This document shows positions 36,437 to 46,385 of a stretch of 48,065 bases of DNA, piece by piece. Every line of letters starts with the position of its first letter. Position 1 is the first letter of the stretch. The notes below the pieces were generated by a model. That model did not search any database, was not told where the DNA came from, and saw nothing but the letters and a program-made list of their open reading frames with translations. Location: assembly GCA_046316935.1 (NCBI GenBank), contig JBKCXA010000347.1, forward strand, positions 1 to 48,065, given 5' to 3'. This stretch comes from Prosthecobacter sp. GTDB taxonomy: Bacteria; Verrucomicrobiota; Verrucomicrobiia; Verrucomicrobiales; Verrucomicrobiaceae. Position numbers and translations under genes: made by a program.

Positions 36437-37918
36437 TCATGAACGCAAAGCATGAAGCAGTTCCGCCGTCGTGAGGGGGGTGTTACCGATGCGGGATACC
36501 TGACAGGATGCGGCGATGGAGCCGAGAAAAGCCGCTTTCCAGATTTCGCCACCGAGGGCAATAGTGATGGCAGACGCGGCAAGGAGCGAGTCACCCGCTC
36601 CAGCGGTGTCCTTCGGCAGATGATTGAAGGCGGGGAGCTGATCGGTGAGCCACTGCTCCTGCTCGGCAGCAGCATGAATCATCACGCCTTCGGCCCCCAG
36701 TTTTAACAGGACGTTTCGCGCACCTGCCTGCTGGCGGAGCTTTTCAGCCAGGACGACAAGACCATCCTCATGATTGCGAGTGCTCACCCGTGCCTCCATT
36801 TCCGTGGGGGTCAAAATATCCGCATTTTTGAAGCGGGAGACATCGCCGATCTGCGAGGAACACTGACTGTCCGCCATGATGACTACGCCACGCTTGCGTG
36901 CCTCGGAAGTGATCACGTCCACGAGGGCCTGGGGCAGGCAGCCGTAGTTGAAATCAGAGAACACGAGGATGTCTAGATTATCGAGCAGCGGCACGAGGCG
37001 CTTGAGAAGTTGCTCTTGAAGGTCGCGGCGGATGCCATGATGGCGCAGGTGGTTTACCCGCAACAGAGTCTTGCCCGCCGCACGGAATCGCTGCTTGAGC
37101 GTCGTCGGCCGGGTATCATCAATTATCAGATGACCGGTTACTTTGTATTCTTTGAGCTTTTTATCGACGAATTCATGCAGCGCATCTTCTCCGGTAACTG
37201 AGAGGTAACTAACCTCGGCACCCAAGCCGGCACAGTGAGCCGCCACGATGGCCGCTCCGCCAAGGAAACGGTCCGAGCCCACTGGCGTGACGACGATCGT
37301 CGGGTCTTCTTGGGACATGCCGAGGGGATCACAGGTGATATACTCGTCGATGATGACATCACCAATGACGCAGATTCGGGCTTTGCCTGCATTGTGAAGG
37401 ATGCTTTCGAGTGAATCGAGGGTGAAACCGTGGCGGGCAGGAAAATCGTTCGGGATGGTCACCGGCAGGGCATCGGCTTGCTGGGAGAGTTCCTGGCGCA
37501 GCAGCGTCGAAGCGGAGAAGACCGTGTCACCGGAGCCGAACTGCAAGGCACCGCCGTAGGAGGCTAAAACATCAGCCTCGGGGTTCCGGCGGTTCTCATG
37601 TTCTTTGCCTTTGACTACTACATCAGGCTTCATTGCGGCGACAAAATCCTCCGGCGGCACATCGAGCAAGAAAGCACGTCCCACCCAGTTATTCGCCTTC
37701 ACAGCCTCCAGACGGTGCTCCTCATCCAGCAGAGCCGCACCGGCAGCTATACTGTTCGTATACACGCCAACGACCAGGAAGTCACCGCACTCGCGGGCAA
37801 ACTGTAGCAGCCGGAGGTGGCCTGGATGCAGGATATTAAAATTACCATGGACAAAGACCACCGTGGCACCTTCGGGCACCTGGCTCTGGATTTCTGCTAT
37901 GATTGCTTCGAGACTCAT
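36437..37918 (-). CDS. Bifunctional nucleotidyltransferase / PfkB sugar kinase (HldE/RfaE-like, reversed domain order)
   Basis: N-terminal HGNFNILHPGH (HxGH) and VKGKE; C-terminal IGDVIIDEY, LGGAA.VA, FSDFNYG, TPTEME, DTAGAGD; start ATG 37918. Confidence 0.88.
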   Translation of the reverse strand: MSLEAIIAEIQSQVPEGATVVFVHGNFNILHPGHLRLLQFARECGDFLVVGVYTNSIAAGAALLDEEHRLEAVKANNWVGRAFLLDVPPEDFVAAMKPDVVVKGKEHENRRNPEADVLASYGGALQFGSGDTVFSASTLLRQELSQQADALPVTIPNDFPARHGFTLDSLESILHNAGKARICVIGDVIIDEYITCDPLGMSQEDPTIVVTPVGSDRFLGGAAIVAAHCAGLGAEVSYLSVTGEDALHEFVDKKLKEYKVTGHLIIDDTRPTTLKQRFRAAGKTLLRVNHLRHHGIRRDLQEQLLKRLVPLLDNLDILVFSDFNYGCLPQALVDVITSEARKRGVVIMADSQCSSQIGDVSRFKNADILTPTEMEARVSTRNHEDGLVVLAEKLRQQAGARNVLLKLGAEGVMIHAAAEQEQWLTDQLPAFNHLPKDTAGAGDSLLAASAITIALGGEIWKAAFLGSIAASCQVSRIGNTPLTTAELLHALRS

Positions 37919-38502
37919 GAAGGGGAACAAAGGGACGCTTGCAGGAGACGGCTTTGCACGGACTGCCATGCAAGCAAAGCTGTAATCGTCATGCTGTCCA
38001 TGATTCTGCGGCTGAACACCATGTCGAGGCATTCCTGAAATGGCAGCCAGGCCTGCCCTTCGATCTCATGCGGGTCCCCGTGAGCATCGCCATTTGAATC
38101 GGCATGGAAGTCATCGCACCAAAAGACATGCGTGGGATTGTCACAGGTATCCAGGCCGGGAATGAAGAAGACCAGCGGATGCAGCACGCGCCCACGGAGG
38201 CCAGTTTCCTCCAAAGCCTCCCGCCTCGCACCTGTCTCCGGTGCCTCGCGGGCCTCGATGCGTCCTCCAGGAATCTCCCAGGCCATGTCACGCGGCAGCA
38301 GACGATACTGCCTCACCATCAGCACCTCAGTTCCACGCACAAAGAGCACACCGGCACGGATACCGTGGTCATTGACGAAGATTTCCTTCTCAAAGCTGCC
38401 GAAATTTACCCGCACTGCCGTCACGGTTTGGTACTTGTTTTGGTACACAACACGGCTAGGCCCAATCTCCGGGCTGATCGGCGATGGAAGGTCTAGCGTC
38501 AT
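37915..38502 (-). CDS. NUDIX hydrolase
   Basis: VRQYR, EIPGGRIE......GARREALEETGL Nudix box. Confidence 0.9.
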   Translation of the reverse strand: MTLDLPSPISPEIGPSRVVYQNKYQTVTAVRVNFGSFEKEIFVNDHGIRAGVLFVRGTEVLMVRQYRLLPRDMAWEIPGGRIEAREAPETGARREALEETGLRGRVLHPLVFFIPGLDTCDNPTHVFWCDDFHADSNGDAHGDPHEIEGQAWLPFQECLDMVFSRRIMDSMTITALLAWQSVQSRLLQASLCSPS

Positions 38503-38510
38503 GAATCAGT

Positions 38511-39662
38511 TCACAATCGGGGCACCACCAGGGAGAAACGCGAGTTGGAAAGTCGTTCATAGACGGATGCCTCCACGGCAGGTGCCAGCGGGACAAACAC
38601 CGTCGCTCCATCAGGAATCTGGTCCGGTGTTATGATCGGCTTTCCACAGTGCGTCAAGCCTTTGCGGCTCGGGTCTTCATCCACAAAGAAATCCACCGCA
38701 TCGGCACCAATGACGCCTAGCAGCCAGTTTGCGGCGATGGAGGTGCCAAAGATGGCAAACGGCTTCTTCGTCATGAGCTTCCGAGCTTCCGTGGAGACCA
38801 TCTCCAGCCATTGCAGACTCTGGCGCACAAAAGCGGCAGTTTCCTCGATTTCCGCCTCCGAGGGCTTTTCACGTTCGGGCGCACCACACTTGGAGGCCAA
38901 GAGGCTGAGCTCCTTCGGTAGCCAGCCCAGCTCCTCATGCGTGGCATGGCTGCCTGCCGCACGCATCACTCGCAGGAGCTGCCTGGCTGAAAAGTGTGTG
39001 GAGTGATCCGCCACGACAAGCTCGAAGGGATTTTCCTCATAAGAGGGCACCTGGATGAAGAAAAGACCGTCTTCAACCAGATGGCGGCTGAGTGTGGCGA
39101 GGTTTTGGGAAGGTGCCGGGATGTGCTCAAGCACATGAATCATTGTCATGAGGGCGTATTCACCCGTTAGCTTGTCCAGCGACACTGGTTGAAAGTCCAC
39201 CACACCGGGCAGTGAACGAATTTTCTCCTCGTACCTCGCCGCCTGCTCCAGGCCAACGAGCTCCCAGCCGGGCAAATGCTGGCCACATGCAGCGAGGAAG
39301 GCACCACTGCCACATCCCAGATCCACCAGCCTACGAGCAGGCGGAAGCAGCTTGCGTTCGACGAGCGTGCTCAGGAGCTTGTCCGAGCGTTTGATGGGCT
39401 GGCCGCTCTTTGGGTCATAGACGGCCTGATCCACACCACCAGATTGGTAATGGCAGTCATACTCCGCATAGATGCGGGTGATCTCGTCGATCCAGAAGGT
39501 ATTCACTCCAGATTGGAGCAGACCGCAGGAACGGCAGAGTTGGAGGCAGCCGCCAGCAGGCCAGGGCTTGCAGTCCGAGGTCACACGAGTGAGACGTTCG
39601 TATTCTTCGAAGACGATGACGTCCTCGCTCTGGCAGTCATGGCAGGGATGTTTCTGGGTCAT
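38511..39662 (-). CDS. Class I SAM-dependent methyltransferase with N-terminal CxxC Zn sites (C-methyltransferase-like)
   Basis: CHDC...CRSC, VDLGCGSG, HVLEHI, IQVPS; C-terminal AIFGT...FFVDEDP..KG; start ATG 39662. Confidence 0.85.
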   Translation of the reverse strand: MTQKHPCHDCQSEDVIVFEEYERLTRVTSDCKPWPAGGCLQLCRSCGLLQSGVNTFWIDEITRIYAEYDCHYQSGGVDQAVYDPKSGQPIKRSDKLLSTLVERKLLPPARRLVDLGCGSGAFLAACGQHLPGWELVGLEQAARYEEKIRSLPGVVDFQPVSLDKLTGEYALMTMIHVLEHIPAPSQNLATLSRHLVEDGLFFIQVPSYEENPFELVVADHSTHFSARQLLRVMRAAGSHATHEELGWLPKELSLLASKCGAPEREKPSEAEIEETAAFVRQSLQWLEMVSTEARKLMTKKPFAIFGTSIAANWLLGVIGADAVDFFVDEDPSRKGLTHCGKPIITPDQIPDGATVFVPLAPAVEASVYERLSNSRFSLVVPRL

Positions 39663-39838
39663 GGGATGGGTGAGGTGGAAAGAATGAGATGGGAGCCACG
39701 GCAGAGGTGCTAAGCGGTTCGAGGCCCGGCAGTGCCGTGGTGCGGCACAGCCCAAGGCGCTGTAACTCGGGCGGAAGCGCTGGGAAACTCCTTTGGTGGC
39801 GGAATTGGTTCGACCGGTTTGCGCTCATCAATGGGCTT

Positions 39839-41017
39839 TTAATCATACAGAGCCACATGTTTGCGAATGCAATCATCCATCAGCGCCAGAGCACCGAGGT
39901 CGGATGACTTTCGCATGAAAACCTCGACCGGGCCTGCATTCGGGATCTTCCCCGCATACCAGCTTTTGCCATACTGCTCGATCTTTTGGCCGGCCTCTTC
40001 AAAACATCTGGAAGCGTCCGCCTCTTCAAAGTGCTCTTTGAGAGTCTCCCCGAGTTTGGCGAGAACCATCAAAAAGTCGCTTCTTTGAAGCGCGTCATCG
40101 TGCGGACTGGCTGAGTGCCCGAGGCTTGCTGCCATGGCTTCCCTTCCTATCCAGAACATCGGCAGAACCACATGATCCCCCCAGACGACCGAGCAAAACG
40201 CCTGTCCCATCTCAATCAGATCCGGACGTCTTATGAACACCTCCTTCGGGATGGCGGGAAGAACCCGGCAGAAACAGTCTTTCGCAGCAGCGGTGCGCTG
40301 TAACGCATAGAAGTTGTTCATATACAGAGTGGATTGCTGGGCCAGCCTTTGCGCGGCGTTTTCCCCCTTCACCCGGTAGCTTTTGGCAAAAAGATGTCCC
40401 GCGCTCCAGCATGGCATCCGGTTTTTGATCACAAAACCCGCATGCCAGCCCTGTGCGCTGGCGCACCCCGGGTTGCTCCGCATGTAAGCCAGGGCACCGA
40501 GGACGCCTTTCACTGAGATGAAATCATCATCGGCGGAGAAGAGCACATAGGGCGTGTCCACCAGTGACATGGCGTGACTGGCCTTTTCGGCAAAAGTGAG
40601 GGTTGGAAGATGAAGATAGTTCACCAGCCCGGGGATTCCCTTTGCATACGGAACACTCGTGGAGTCGAGCACCAGGATTTTTATGTTCCACCTACCGTAG
40701 TAACTGAGCGATCTCTCCAATCTCGAATGCCTGTTGTGCGTGGGTATGACGAGCGTGATCTCGGCCAGTTGATCGCTGGCCTCGTCTTTCTTGAGCCTGG
40801 CCACCGCCCGCTTCCGCCACCGACGCCGGATGGATTGCTGGAGCCGAGCATGATGGGCGGAACCCGGAAAACTGGCACCTCCCGCCTTCTCCTCCCATTC
40901 CAGCTTGAGATGATTGAAAGCCTGGATCATCCGAAGGCGCTGCTTCCTCACATAGGAAAACAATCCCAAAATGAGCGCCAGGATGAGGAGGCTGTTGATG
41001 AGAAGGAGGAGTTGCAT
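39839..41017 (-). CDS. Glycosyltransferase (GT2-like, TIGR00180-type)
   Basis: N-terminal TM; ITLVIPTHNR..RLERSLSYY, ILVLDST, TPYVLFSADDDF. Confidence 0.78.
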   Translation of the reverse strand: MQLLLLINSLLILALILGLFSYVRKQRLRMIQAFNHLKLEWEEKAGGASFPGSAHHARLQQSIRRRWRKRAVARLKKDEASDQLAEITLVIPTHNRHSRLERSLSYYGRWNIKILVLDSTSVPYAKGIPGLVNYLHLPTLTFAEKASHAMSLVDTPYVLFSADDDFISVKGVLGALAYMRSNPGCASAQGWHAGFVIKNRMPCWSAGHLFAKSYRVKGENAAQRLAQQSTLYMNNFYALQRTAAAKDCFCRVLPAIPKEVFIRRPDLIEMGQAFCSVVWGDHVVLPMFWIGREAMAASLGHSASPHDDALQRSDFLMVLAKLGETLKEHFEEADASRCFEEAGQKIEQYGKSWYAGKIPNAGPVEVFMRKSSDLGALALMDDCIRKHVALYD

Positions 41018-41048
41018 GTGGGTTGTCGTAAGTTTAGTCCGGCGCTTT

Positions 41049-42452
41049 TCAGGCCAACGGGCCTGTGTTTTCAGGCATCAGATGGTGGTAACGCTTGAGA
41101 AAGGTGGGACTCACCGCGCCGGCCGAGCAGTAACCAAAATGCCCTGGCTTGAACAGCCGGTTGTAGCGCTTGCTCAGCGCGGAGGATTCATCCCCGGCGC
41201 TTCCAGGCTCCTCAAACACCTTCGCCAGCATCTCCAGGGTGGCCTCCAGGATATCGCGCTCATCATTGTCCACCACCCGGATGCCATCCCGCTTGAACAG
41301 GTTTCCAAACCTGTAGTTCGAGGCGGGATGCGAAAACGCCTCGTCGAAGCGGAGCAGCCGCCCTTCCTGCTCGCTGTAATAAAGCTTGGGCAGGGCGATG
41401 TCCTTCGAGGTGTAGGCATGCATCGAGATGGGCGCCAGATTCACATTGAGCACCGGGATACCAAAGGCCGTCGAGACGAGCGAAAGCCCGGAGCTGCATC
41501 CGATCATGAATTTCGCGGACGCGCAGAGCAGGATGTCCAGCCTAGGCGATCTCCGGGAGGAATGGGCGTAGTCGATGATCTTGTCCGATGACTGGATGGG
41601 GGACATCGAGGGATCTCCCATGCGGAAGACCCAACCTCCGCGCCTGACAATCTCCTCAATAGCTGGGAAGTAGGTCTCGATGGCCGCATTCCGATAGTCG
41701 TGAATATCGTCATCCTTGGCCGAGTAACCTCTTTCGCGATTGTGCAGGCAGACAAACCAGTCTTTTTCACCAAGCCCCCATTCGGCGAGCTCTCTGTGCA
41801 GAAACTCCTGATCCTCTGCGGTCATCTGGAATAGCGGAGGCCGTTCCCCCCAGGCAGCGAAGACCGGAAAGCAGGCGGCGGACTCGTCATAGGCATGAAA
41901 GTAATCATACCTGCACTCAGCAAAGCCACCCAGTTCAGGATAGGAGCGCTTCAACTCGTTCCATGCAGGCAGGGAGATGGTCCAGTCAAACAGCGGCCGC
42001 GTGTAGGTCCAAAAATGCTTGTTCGCCACATCATCCTCCGAGAGGGCCAGGACACTGAAAGTGGCGTCAGCGGGGGCCAGTCTCTTTTCACGAAGCCAGA
42101 CATCCAGCTCTCCCACCTGATGACCGATCCGCACCGGGTTCGTGATCTCGAAAACCCGGATTTTCTTCGCCTGGAAGAGCCTCACCAGCTCGATCTCGGT
42201 GCTCCGCGAACCTGTGCCCTGCGGCTTCTGATCGGCCGCCCCGGCGCTTCGACGCTTGGAATGGCCGGTGAGAAACATTCGCGGATGCCTGGTGAGATAG
42301 CGGAAGACATCCCGCGGCGATTTGAGAGCCAGCTTGATAAAGCCCAGCGGATGGAGCAGCACCCAGCCCAAGGTCAGTTTGGTGCCTTGACTGCCGTCCA
42401 CATAGCCATCTTTGACCGTGGGAAGAGGTTTCCAATGTTCCGGCAGTTTCAT
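41049..42452 (-). CDS. Putative glycosyltransferase (TIGR04372-type)
   Basis: RIGHQ, FVCLHNRE.GY, YRNA.I..Y..AI..I..RGGWVFRMG, DYAHS, LDILL.A.AKFMIGCSSG. Confidence 0.8.
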   Translation of the reverse strand: MKLPEHWKPLPTVKDGYVDGSQGTKLTLGWVLLHPLGFIKLALKSPRDVFRYLTRHPRMFLTGHSKRRSAGAADQKPQGTGSRSTEIELVRLFQAKKIRVFEITNPVRIGHQVGELDVWLREKRLAPADATFSVLALSEDDVANKHFWTYTRPLFDWTISLPAWNELKRSYPELGGFAECRYDYFHAYDESAACFPVFAAWGERPPLFQMTAEDQEFLHRELAEWGLGEKDWFVCLHNRERGYSAKDDDIHDYRNAAIETYFPAIEEIVRRGGWVFRMGDPSMSPIQSSDKIIDYAHSSRRSPRLDILLCASAKFMIGCSSGLSLVSTAFGIPVLNVNLAPISMHAYTSKDIALPKLYYSEQEGRLLRFDEAFSHPASNYRFGNLFKRDGIRVVDNDERDILEATLEMLAKVFEEPGSAGDESSALSKRYNRLFKPGHFGYCSAGAVSPTFLKRYHHLMPENTGPLA

Positions 42453-42498
42453 CGTGTGGGGTAAAAAATGAAAGGTGGGGCCAGCCAGGCCCCTCGAA

Positions 42499-43221
42499 CT
42501 ACTTTTGAACGAGACGCCTCACGGCATCCCCGTGCTCGTCACAGGCGCGTGAGAGGCTCTCCGGCGTCCCGATGTCCACCAGCGCCCCCGCATTGTGCCA
42601 GGTGTAGATGCGTCCCAGCAGGCGGGGCAGCACCTGCGTGCTGATGTCCGAGACCTCGCTCATGGTCTCCGCCACGAGCCGCATGAATTCCGGCTCCACC
42701 AGGTAAACCGCGGCATTGGCGAGGTTCCCGGGAGGATTCGCACTCTTCTCGAAGAACTCCCTGACGATCCCTTTTTCATCCGTCTTGATGATGCCGCAGG
42801 TTTGAGGAGTGGGAGTGATGAAGGTCATCATCGTCATCACCGCCTCCGCCGGACGGTTTTGATGCGCCTCGACGAACGCCTGCCAATCGCACAGGCAAAG
42901 ATTGTCCGCATGGGCGATCAGAGTGGTTCCTTCCAGAAGAAAATCTTGGTTGGCGAGAAGTGTCCCGGCGGTGCCGAGGAGCTGAGGCTCCGCCACCAGC
43001 ATCACCCGGTCCCGCAGAGGATGATTCGCGAAATGGGCCGCCATCTTCTCCGGCAGGTAATGAGTATTGATCAGCACCTTCCCGACATGCTGCGATGAAA
43101 GCATGTACAGCCAGATGTCCATCAAGGGGACGCCGCCGACGGGCACCAGGCACTTGGGCACATGGTCTGTGAGAGGGCGGAGCCTCGTGCCGAGGCCGGC
43201 GGATAGCAAAAGAGCATTCAT
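42499..43221 (-). CDS. Sugar-1-phosphate nucleotidyltransferase (HddC-like)
   Basis: ALLLSAGLGTRLRPLT..VPKCLVP, LLGTAGTL, HADN, EK...P.NLANAAVY, DIGTPE. Confidence 0.88.
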   Translation of the reverse strand: MNALLLSAGLGTRLRPLTDHVPKCLVPVGGVPLMDIWLYMLSSQHVGKVLINTHYLPEKMAAHFANHPLRDRVMLVAEPQLLGTAGTLLANQDFLLEGTTLIAHADNLCLCDWQAFVEAHQNRPAEAVMTMMTFITPTPQTCGIIKTDEKGIVREFFEKSANPPGNLANAAVYLVEPEFMRLVAETMSEVSDISTQVLPRLLGRIYTWHNAGALVDIGTPESLSRACDEHGDAVRRLVQK

Positions 43222-45077
43222 TGGCGTGTGGCTTGGACCTCTTTCTCGTCAATACGAATGACTCCAAGAGCATGTGTCATCAGCAGGGTGCCGTGCTCCT
43301 TCCGCCTCTTTTTTGACATCCAGGTGACTACGTTCTGCACCACGAGATACATGAGGCTGAAGACGCCAAACAGATGCTTCAGTCTCACCCGACCGTTCGG
43401 AATCCGGTTGCTGACGTACTGCCCAATACTCCGGCACCGCCAGGTGGACCTGCCGCCGACTGAAGTGACCCTGACATCCGCATTCGGGCTTCTGGCGCTC
43501 AAAAAGTCCGCGATTTCCACCACGAAGTCGGTGCTCGTCATCTGGGTTTTCGGATGAACAACGATCAACAGCTTTGCCCCAGCGGCCAGGCCAGTCTCCA
43601 CAGCCGCCAGCAGCCTACGAACAGACTCGCGGTCGGTTTTTTCACAGAAAACAAGGGCCTTTCGGGGGGGCTGATACACGGCTTCGGGCCTGGGCGGGCG
43701 GGCGGCGTTGGCGGGCGTCTTTTTAGTGCCCGGTATCACGGTTTGAAGGGTGGCACCAAGTCCATCAACAGCCTCAGCGAGCACCATTTTGAAGAGAGGA
43801 TTGTGGTCGCCGGCCACCAGAACCTCATCGCCCTGATTTACAAAGCCACGGACGGCCTTCCTCATGAAGTCCAGGGTGAAATAGCAGCCCGAGTACTGCA
43901 GCATGGTCCGGAACCTGGCGAGGCTGCGTTGAAAGGCAGACTCCTGCTTTTTCGGAACCGGCTCCAGCTCGGCGGGTGGATCTGGCAGCAATCTGGCGGC
44001 CATCCATCTTTCCACGCCCATCTGCCACACCGTGTGAGAATCATGGCACAGCACCGGGCCGAGTTGTGCGAGGATCTCGTCGATGAAGGACTTCGCCGCC
44101 TGCCTGGTGGTGCCGATGCTGCCCGGAATGCCCTCCGAGTGGAACAAAAGATCATGCTGTGCTACCCTGCGGTGCTCGGTGGTCGTCCAACTCGAGAGGC
44201 TGCGGACGGCGGACGGAGTATGATACGCCCCCAACTGGATCAGGTGCGCCTCCGATTCACGATTCTGCAGCTCAAGCATGAAAAAATCGTCTGAGTCATC
44301 CAGGATATGCTCCTTGACCGAAGGGCAAAGCTCCGGGATGAACCCATAGTCGCTGAATGAATTGATGCCTTGCTTGAAGCAGCCGGGCTTGATGCACATG
44401 ATCCACATCAGGAAGACTCTGCCCAGCCAGGTATGCTCGTCATGCTTCCAAAAAAACTGGTTGGGATGCGAGGTGTGAGTCACCGTCTGGTTCTTCAGTT
44501 TCGCCACATGCGTCCGCTGCGGATGCTGCAGGGCGATGCGGACTAGGTCACGCGGCTCCAGATCGAGCGCCAGGCCAGTTTTCATCCTCTCCTTGAGCAG
44601 CGGCTCGACGTCCTCGGACACAGACCTGATGCTAGAGACGAGGATCAGCTCCTCGCCCTTAAGGATCAGCCTGGCGAGCGTCTTCAAAGCCCCGTTTGCC
44701 AAGATGAAATCCGCGTTCATGAGCATGAAATAGGTGTTCTTCATGTCCTCACCGCACGAGCTCATCGCCCGCTGGTAGGCGAGCGTCAGAGTGATGCCAT
44801 AGAGATGGGAATCAGAGGTGATCAGATCATCGATTTCGATGAACTTCGGCTCGCAGAGCTGCCTCAGCTTTTGAAACGCCGGAAACCCGTCAAACAGCCC
44901 GACCGATGTCTTCACGGTGAGGATCACGAACTCAAAATCGAAGACCTCCTTGTCCAGGAGCGCCTCAATGTTGCCGGGGCCCAGGAAGGAGGGCAGCGAG
45001 ATGTCGCAATACATCTCGATGTATTCAAACCCCCAGACGGGCGTGACCAGTTTAACTTTGGGCTTCGGGCGGTTCAA
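43218..45077 (-). CDS. Large hypothetical protein of the polysaccharide cluster
   Basis: 619-aa ORF (TTG start) coupled to the next gene by ATGA; TPVWG..Y...Y....LPS.L.PGN and MNADF motifs suggest a GT-A-like N-terminal domain. Confidence 0.75.
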   Translation of the reverse strand: MNRPKPKVKLVTPVWGFEYIEMYCDISLPSFLGPGNIEALLDKEVFDFEFVILTVKTSVGLFDGFPAFQKLRQLCEPKFIEIDDLITSDSHLYGITLTLAYQRAMSSCGEDMKNTYFMLMNADFILANGALKTLARLILKGEELILVSSIRSVSEDVEPLLKERMKTGLALDLEPRDLVRIALQHPQRTHVAKLKNQTVTHTSHPNQFFWKHDEHTWLGRVFLMWIMCIKPGCFKQGINSFSDYGFIPELCPSVKEHILDDSDDFFMLELQNRESEAHLIQLGAYHTPSAVRSLSSWTTTEHRRVAQHDLLFHSEGIPGSIGTTRQAAKSFIDEILAQLGPVLCHDSHTVWQMGVERWMAARLLPDPPAELEPVPKKQESAFQRSLARFRTMLQYSGCYFTLDFMRKAVRGFVNQGDEVLVAGDHNPLFKMVLAEAVDGLGATLQTVIPGTKKTPANAARPPRPEAVYQPPRKALVFCEKTDRESVRRLLAAVETGLAAGAKLLIVVHPKTQMTSTDFVVEIADFLSARSPNADVRVTSVGGRSTWRCRSIGQYVSNRIPNGRVRLKHLFGVFSLMYLVVQNVVTWMSKKRRKEHGTLLMTHALGVIRIDEKEVQATRQ

Positions 45078-45119
45078 ATGCGTGGGATGATAAGGTTTCC
45101 GACGAGGCGAAGCCGCGCT

Positions 45120-46385
45120 TCAGACATTTAAGCGGGCATCCAGCGTGACGAGCTGCGGCTCGGGGCAGAGGATGACGAAGGTGCCGCCCTTCTTGAGATA
45201 CTCCTGGTTTGATTCCACGATCTTGGCAGCATGCACCCAGGCCAGTATGACTGTGTATTTCGGCATTCTCTGGCATAGCTCCGAGGTGGGCACGATGGGG
45301 ATTCCATCTCCTGAGGAATACCGCCCGACTTTTTGCGGGTGGTCATCGACGATGAAATCGATCGCCCCGGTCAATCCAAGCTGCGAGATCAGAGTGGGGC
45401 CGCTGCGGGCGGCTCCATATCCGGCCACCAGGACGCCTTCCTCCTTCCACTTCGCGGCCAGGCCGCTGATGCGCTCACGCAGCGAGCCGATCACGCCGGC
45501 GAATTGCTTGAGAGTAGCGGTCTTGTCGAGGCCACGGGATACCTCCAGGTCCAGCAGGCGGCGGACGCTGGCATCCTGCGAACGTTTTCCGCCTTTCAAC
45601 TGGACGACTCCGACGAGCGAGCCGTGCTGGATGGGCACCCGCTCCACGCTGACAAACTCCAGGCCGTGCAAATCGAAAAATTTCGTCAGCGAGACCATCG
45701 AGTGATGGCTCATGTGCTCGTGAAAGATGGTCGCGATGAGCACTCGGTCAATGATGTCGAGCAGATACTGGCACTCGAAGACAAAGATGCCGTCATCCGC
45801 CAGCATCTCGCGAATGCTCTCGGCGATCTCGCCCATGTTATCGGCATGCGCGAAGGCGTTGAACATGCACACCACGCTGGCTGGACCACGCTGCTGGCGG
45901 ATCTTCCGGGCAAGATCGAGGGACATGAGTTCCGGAAGGGTCTCCAGACCCGCCTCCGTGGCCATACGGGCGATCTCGCGGGCGGGATCAATGCCGAGCA
46001 CCGCGTGACCGGCCTCTTTGAAGGGGCGCAAAAGGGAGCCGTCGTTGCTTCCGATGTCGATGACGAGCGATCCGGCGGGCGGGGCGTAATCTTTGATGAT
46101 CTGCGCAGCGACCTGGCGGAAGTGCTCCGGCATGCCCTTCGCATCGCCGGAGTAGTAGGTGTAGGCATCCCAAAGGCTCTTCGAGTCGATGACATCGAGC
46201 TGATGCACATGACCGCAGTCAGCGCACATGTAGAGATCGACCGGGTAACGCGCCGCCGAGCGTCCGGTCTCTGCGTCGTTGCAGTAGTTCTCGGAAAGCG
46301 GGATGGGCTGAAGCTTGACGACAAGCTCGACCTTCGGCGAATCGCAAAGGCGGCAGGTGGTGCGGTGGAAGAGTTGAACGCTCAT
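45120..46385 (-). CDS. NDP-sugar C-methyltransferase family protein
   Basis: CRLC...CADCGHVHQ Zn site, IDIGSNDG.LL, NAFAH, IFHEH, GYGA, IVDD.PQKVG. Confidence 0.9.
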   Translation of the reverse strand: MSVQLFHRTTCRLCDSPKVELVVKLQPIPLSENYCNDAETGRSAARYPVDLYMCADCGHVHQLDVIDSKSLWDAYTYYSGDAKGMPEHFRQVAAQIIKDYAPPAGSLVIDIGSNDGSLLRPFKEAGHAVLGIDPAREIARMATEAGLETLPELMSLDLARKIRQQRGPASVVCMFNAFAHADNMGEIAESIREMLADDGIFVFECQYLLDIIDRVLIATIFHEHMSHHSMVSLTKFFDLHGLEFVSVERVPIQHGSLVGVVQLKGGKRSQDASVRRLLDLEVSRGLDKTATLKQFAGVIGSLRERISGLAAKWKEEGVLVAGYGAARSGPTLISQLGLTGAIDFIVDDHPQKVGRYSSGDGIPIVPTSELCQRMPKYTVILAWVHAAKIVESNQEYLKKGGTFVILCPEPQLVTLDARLNV

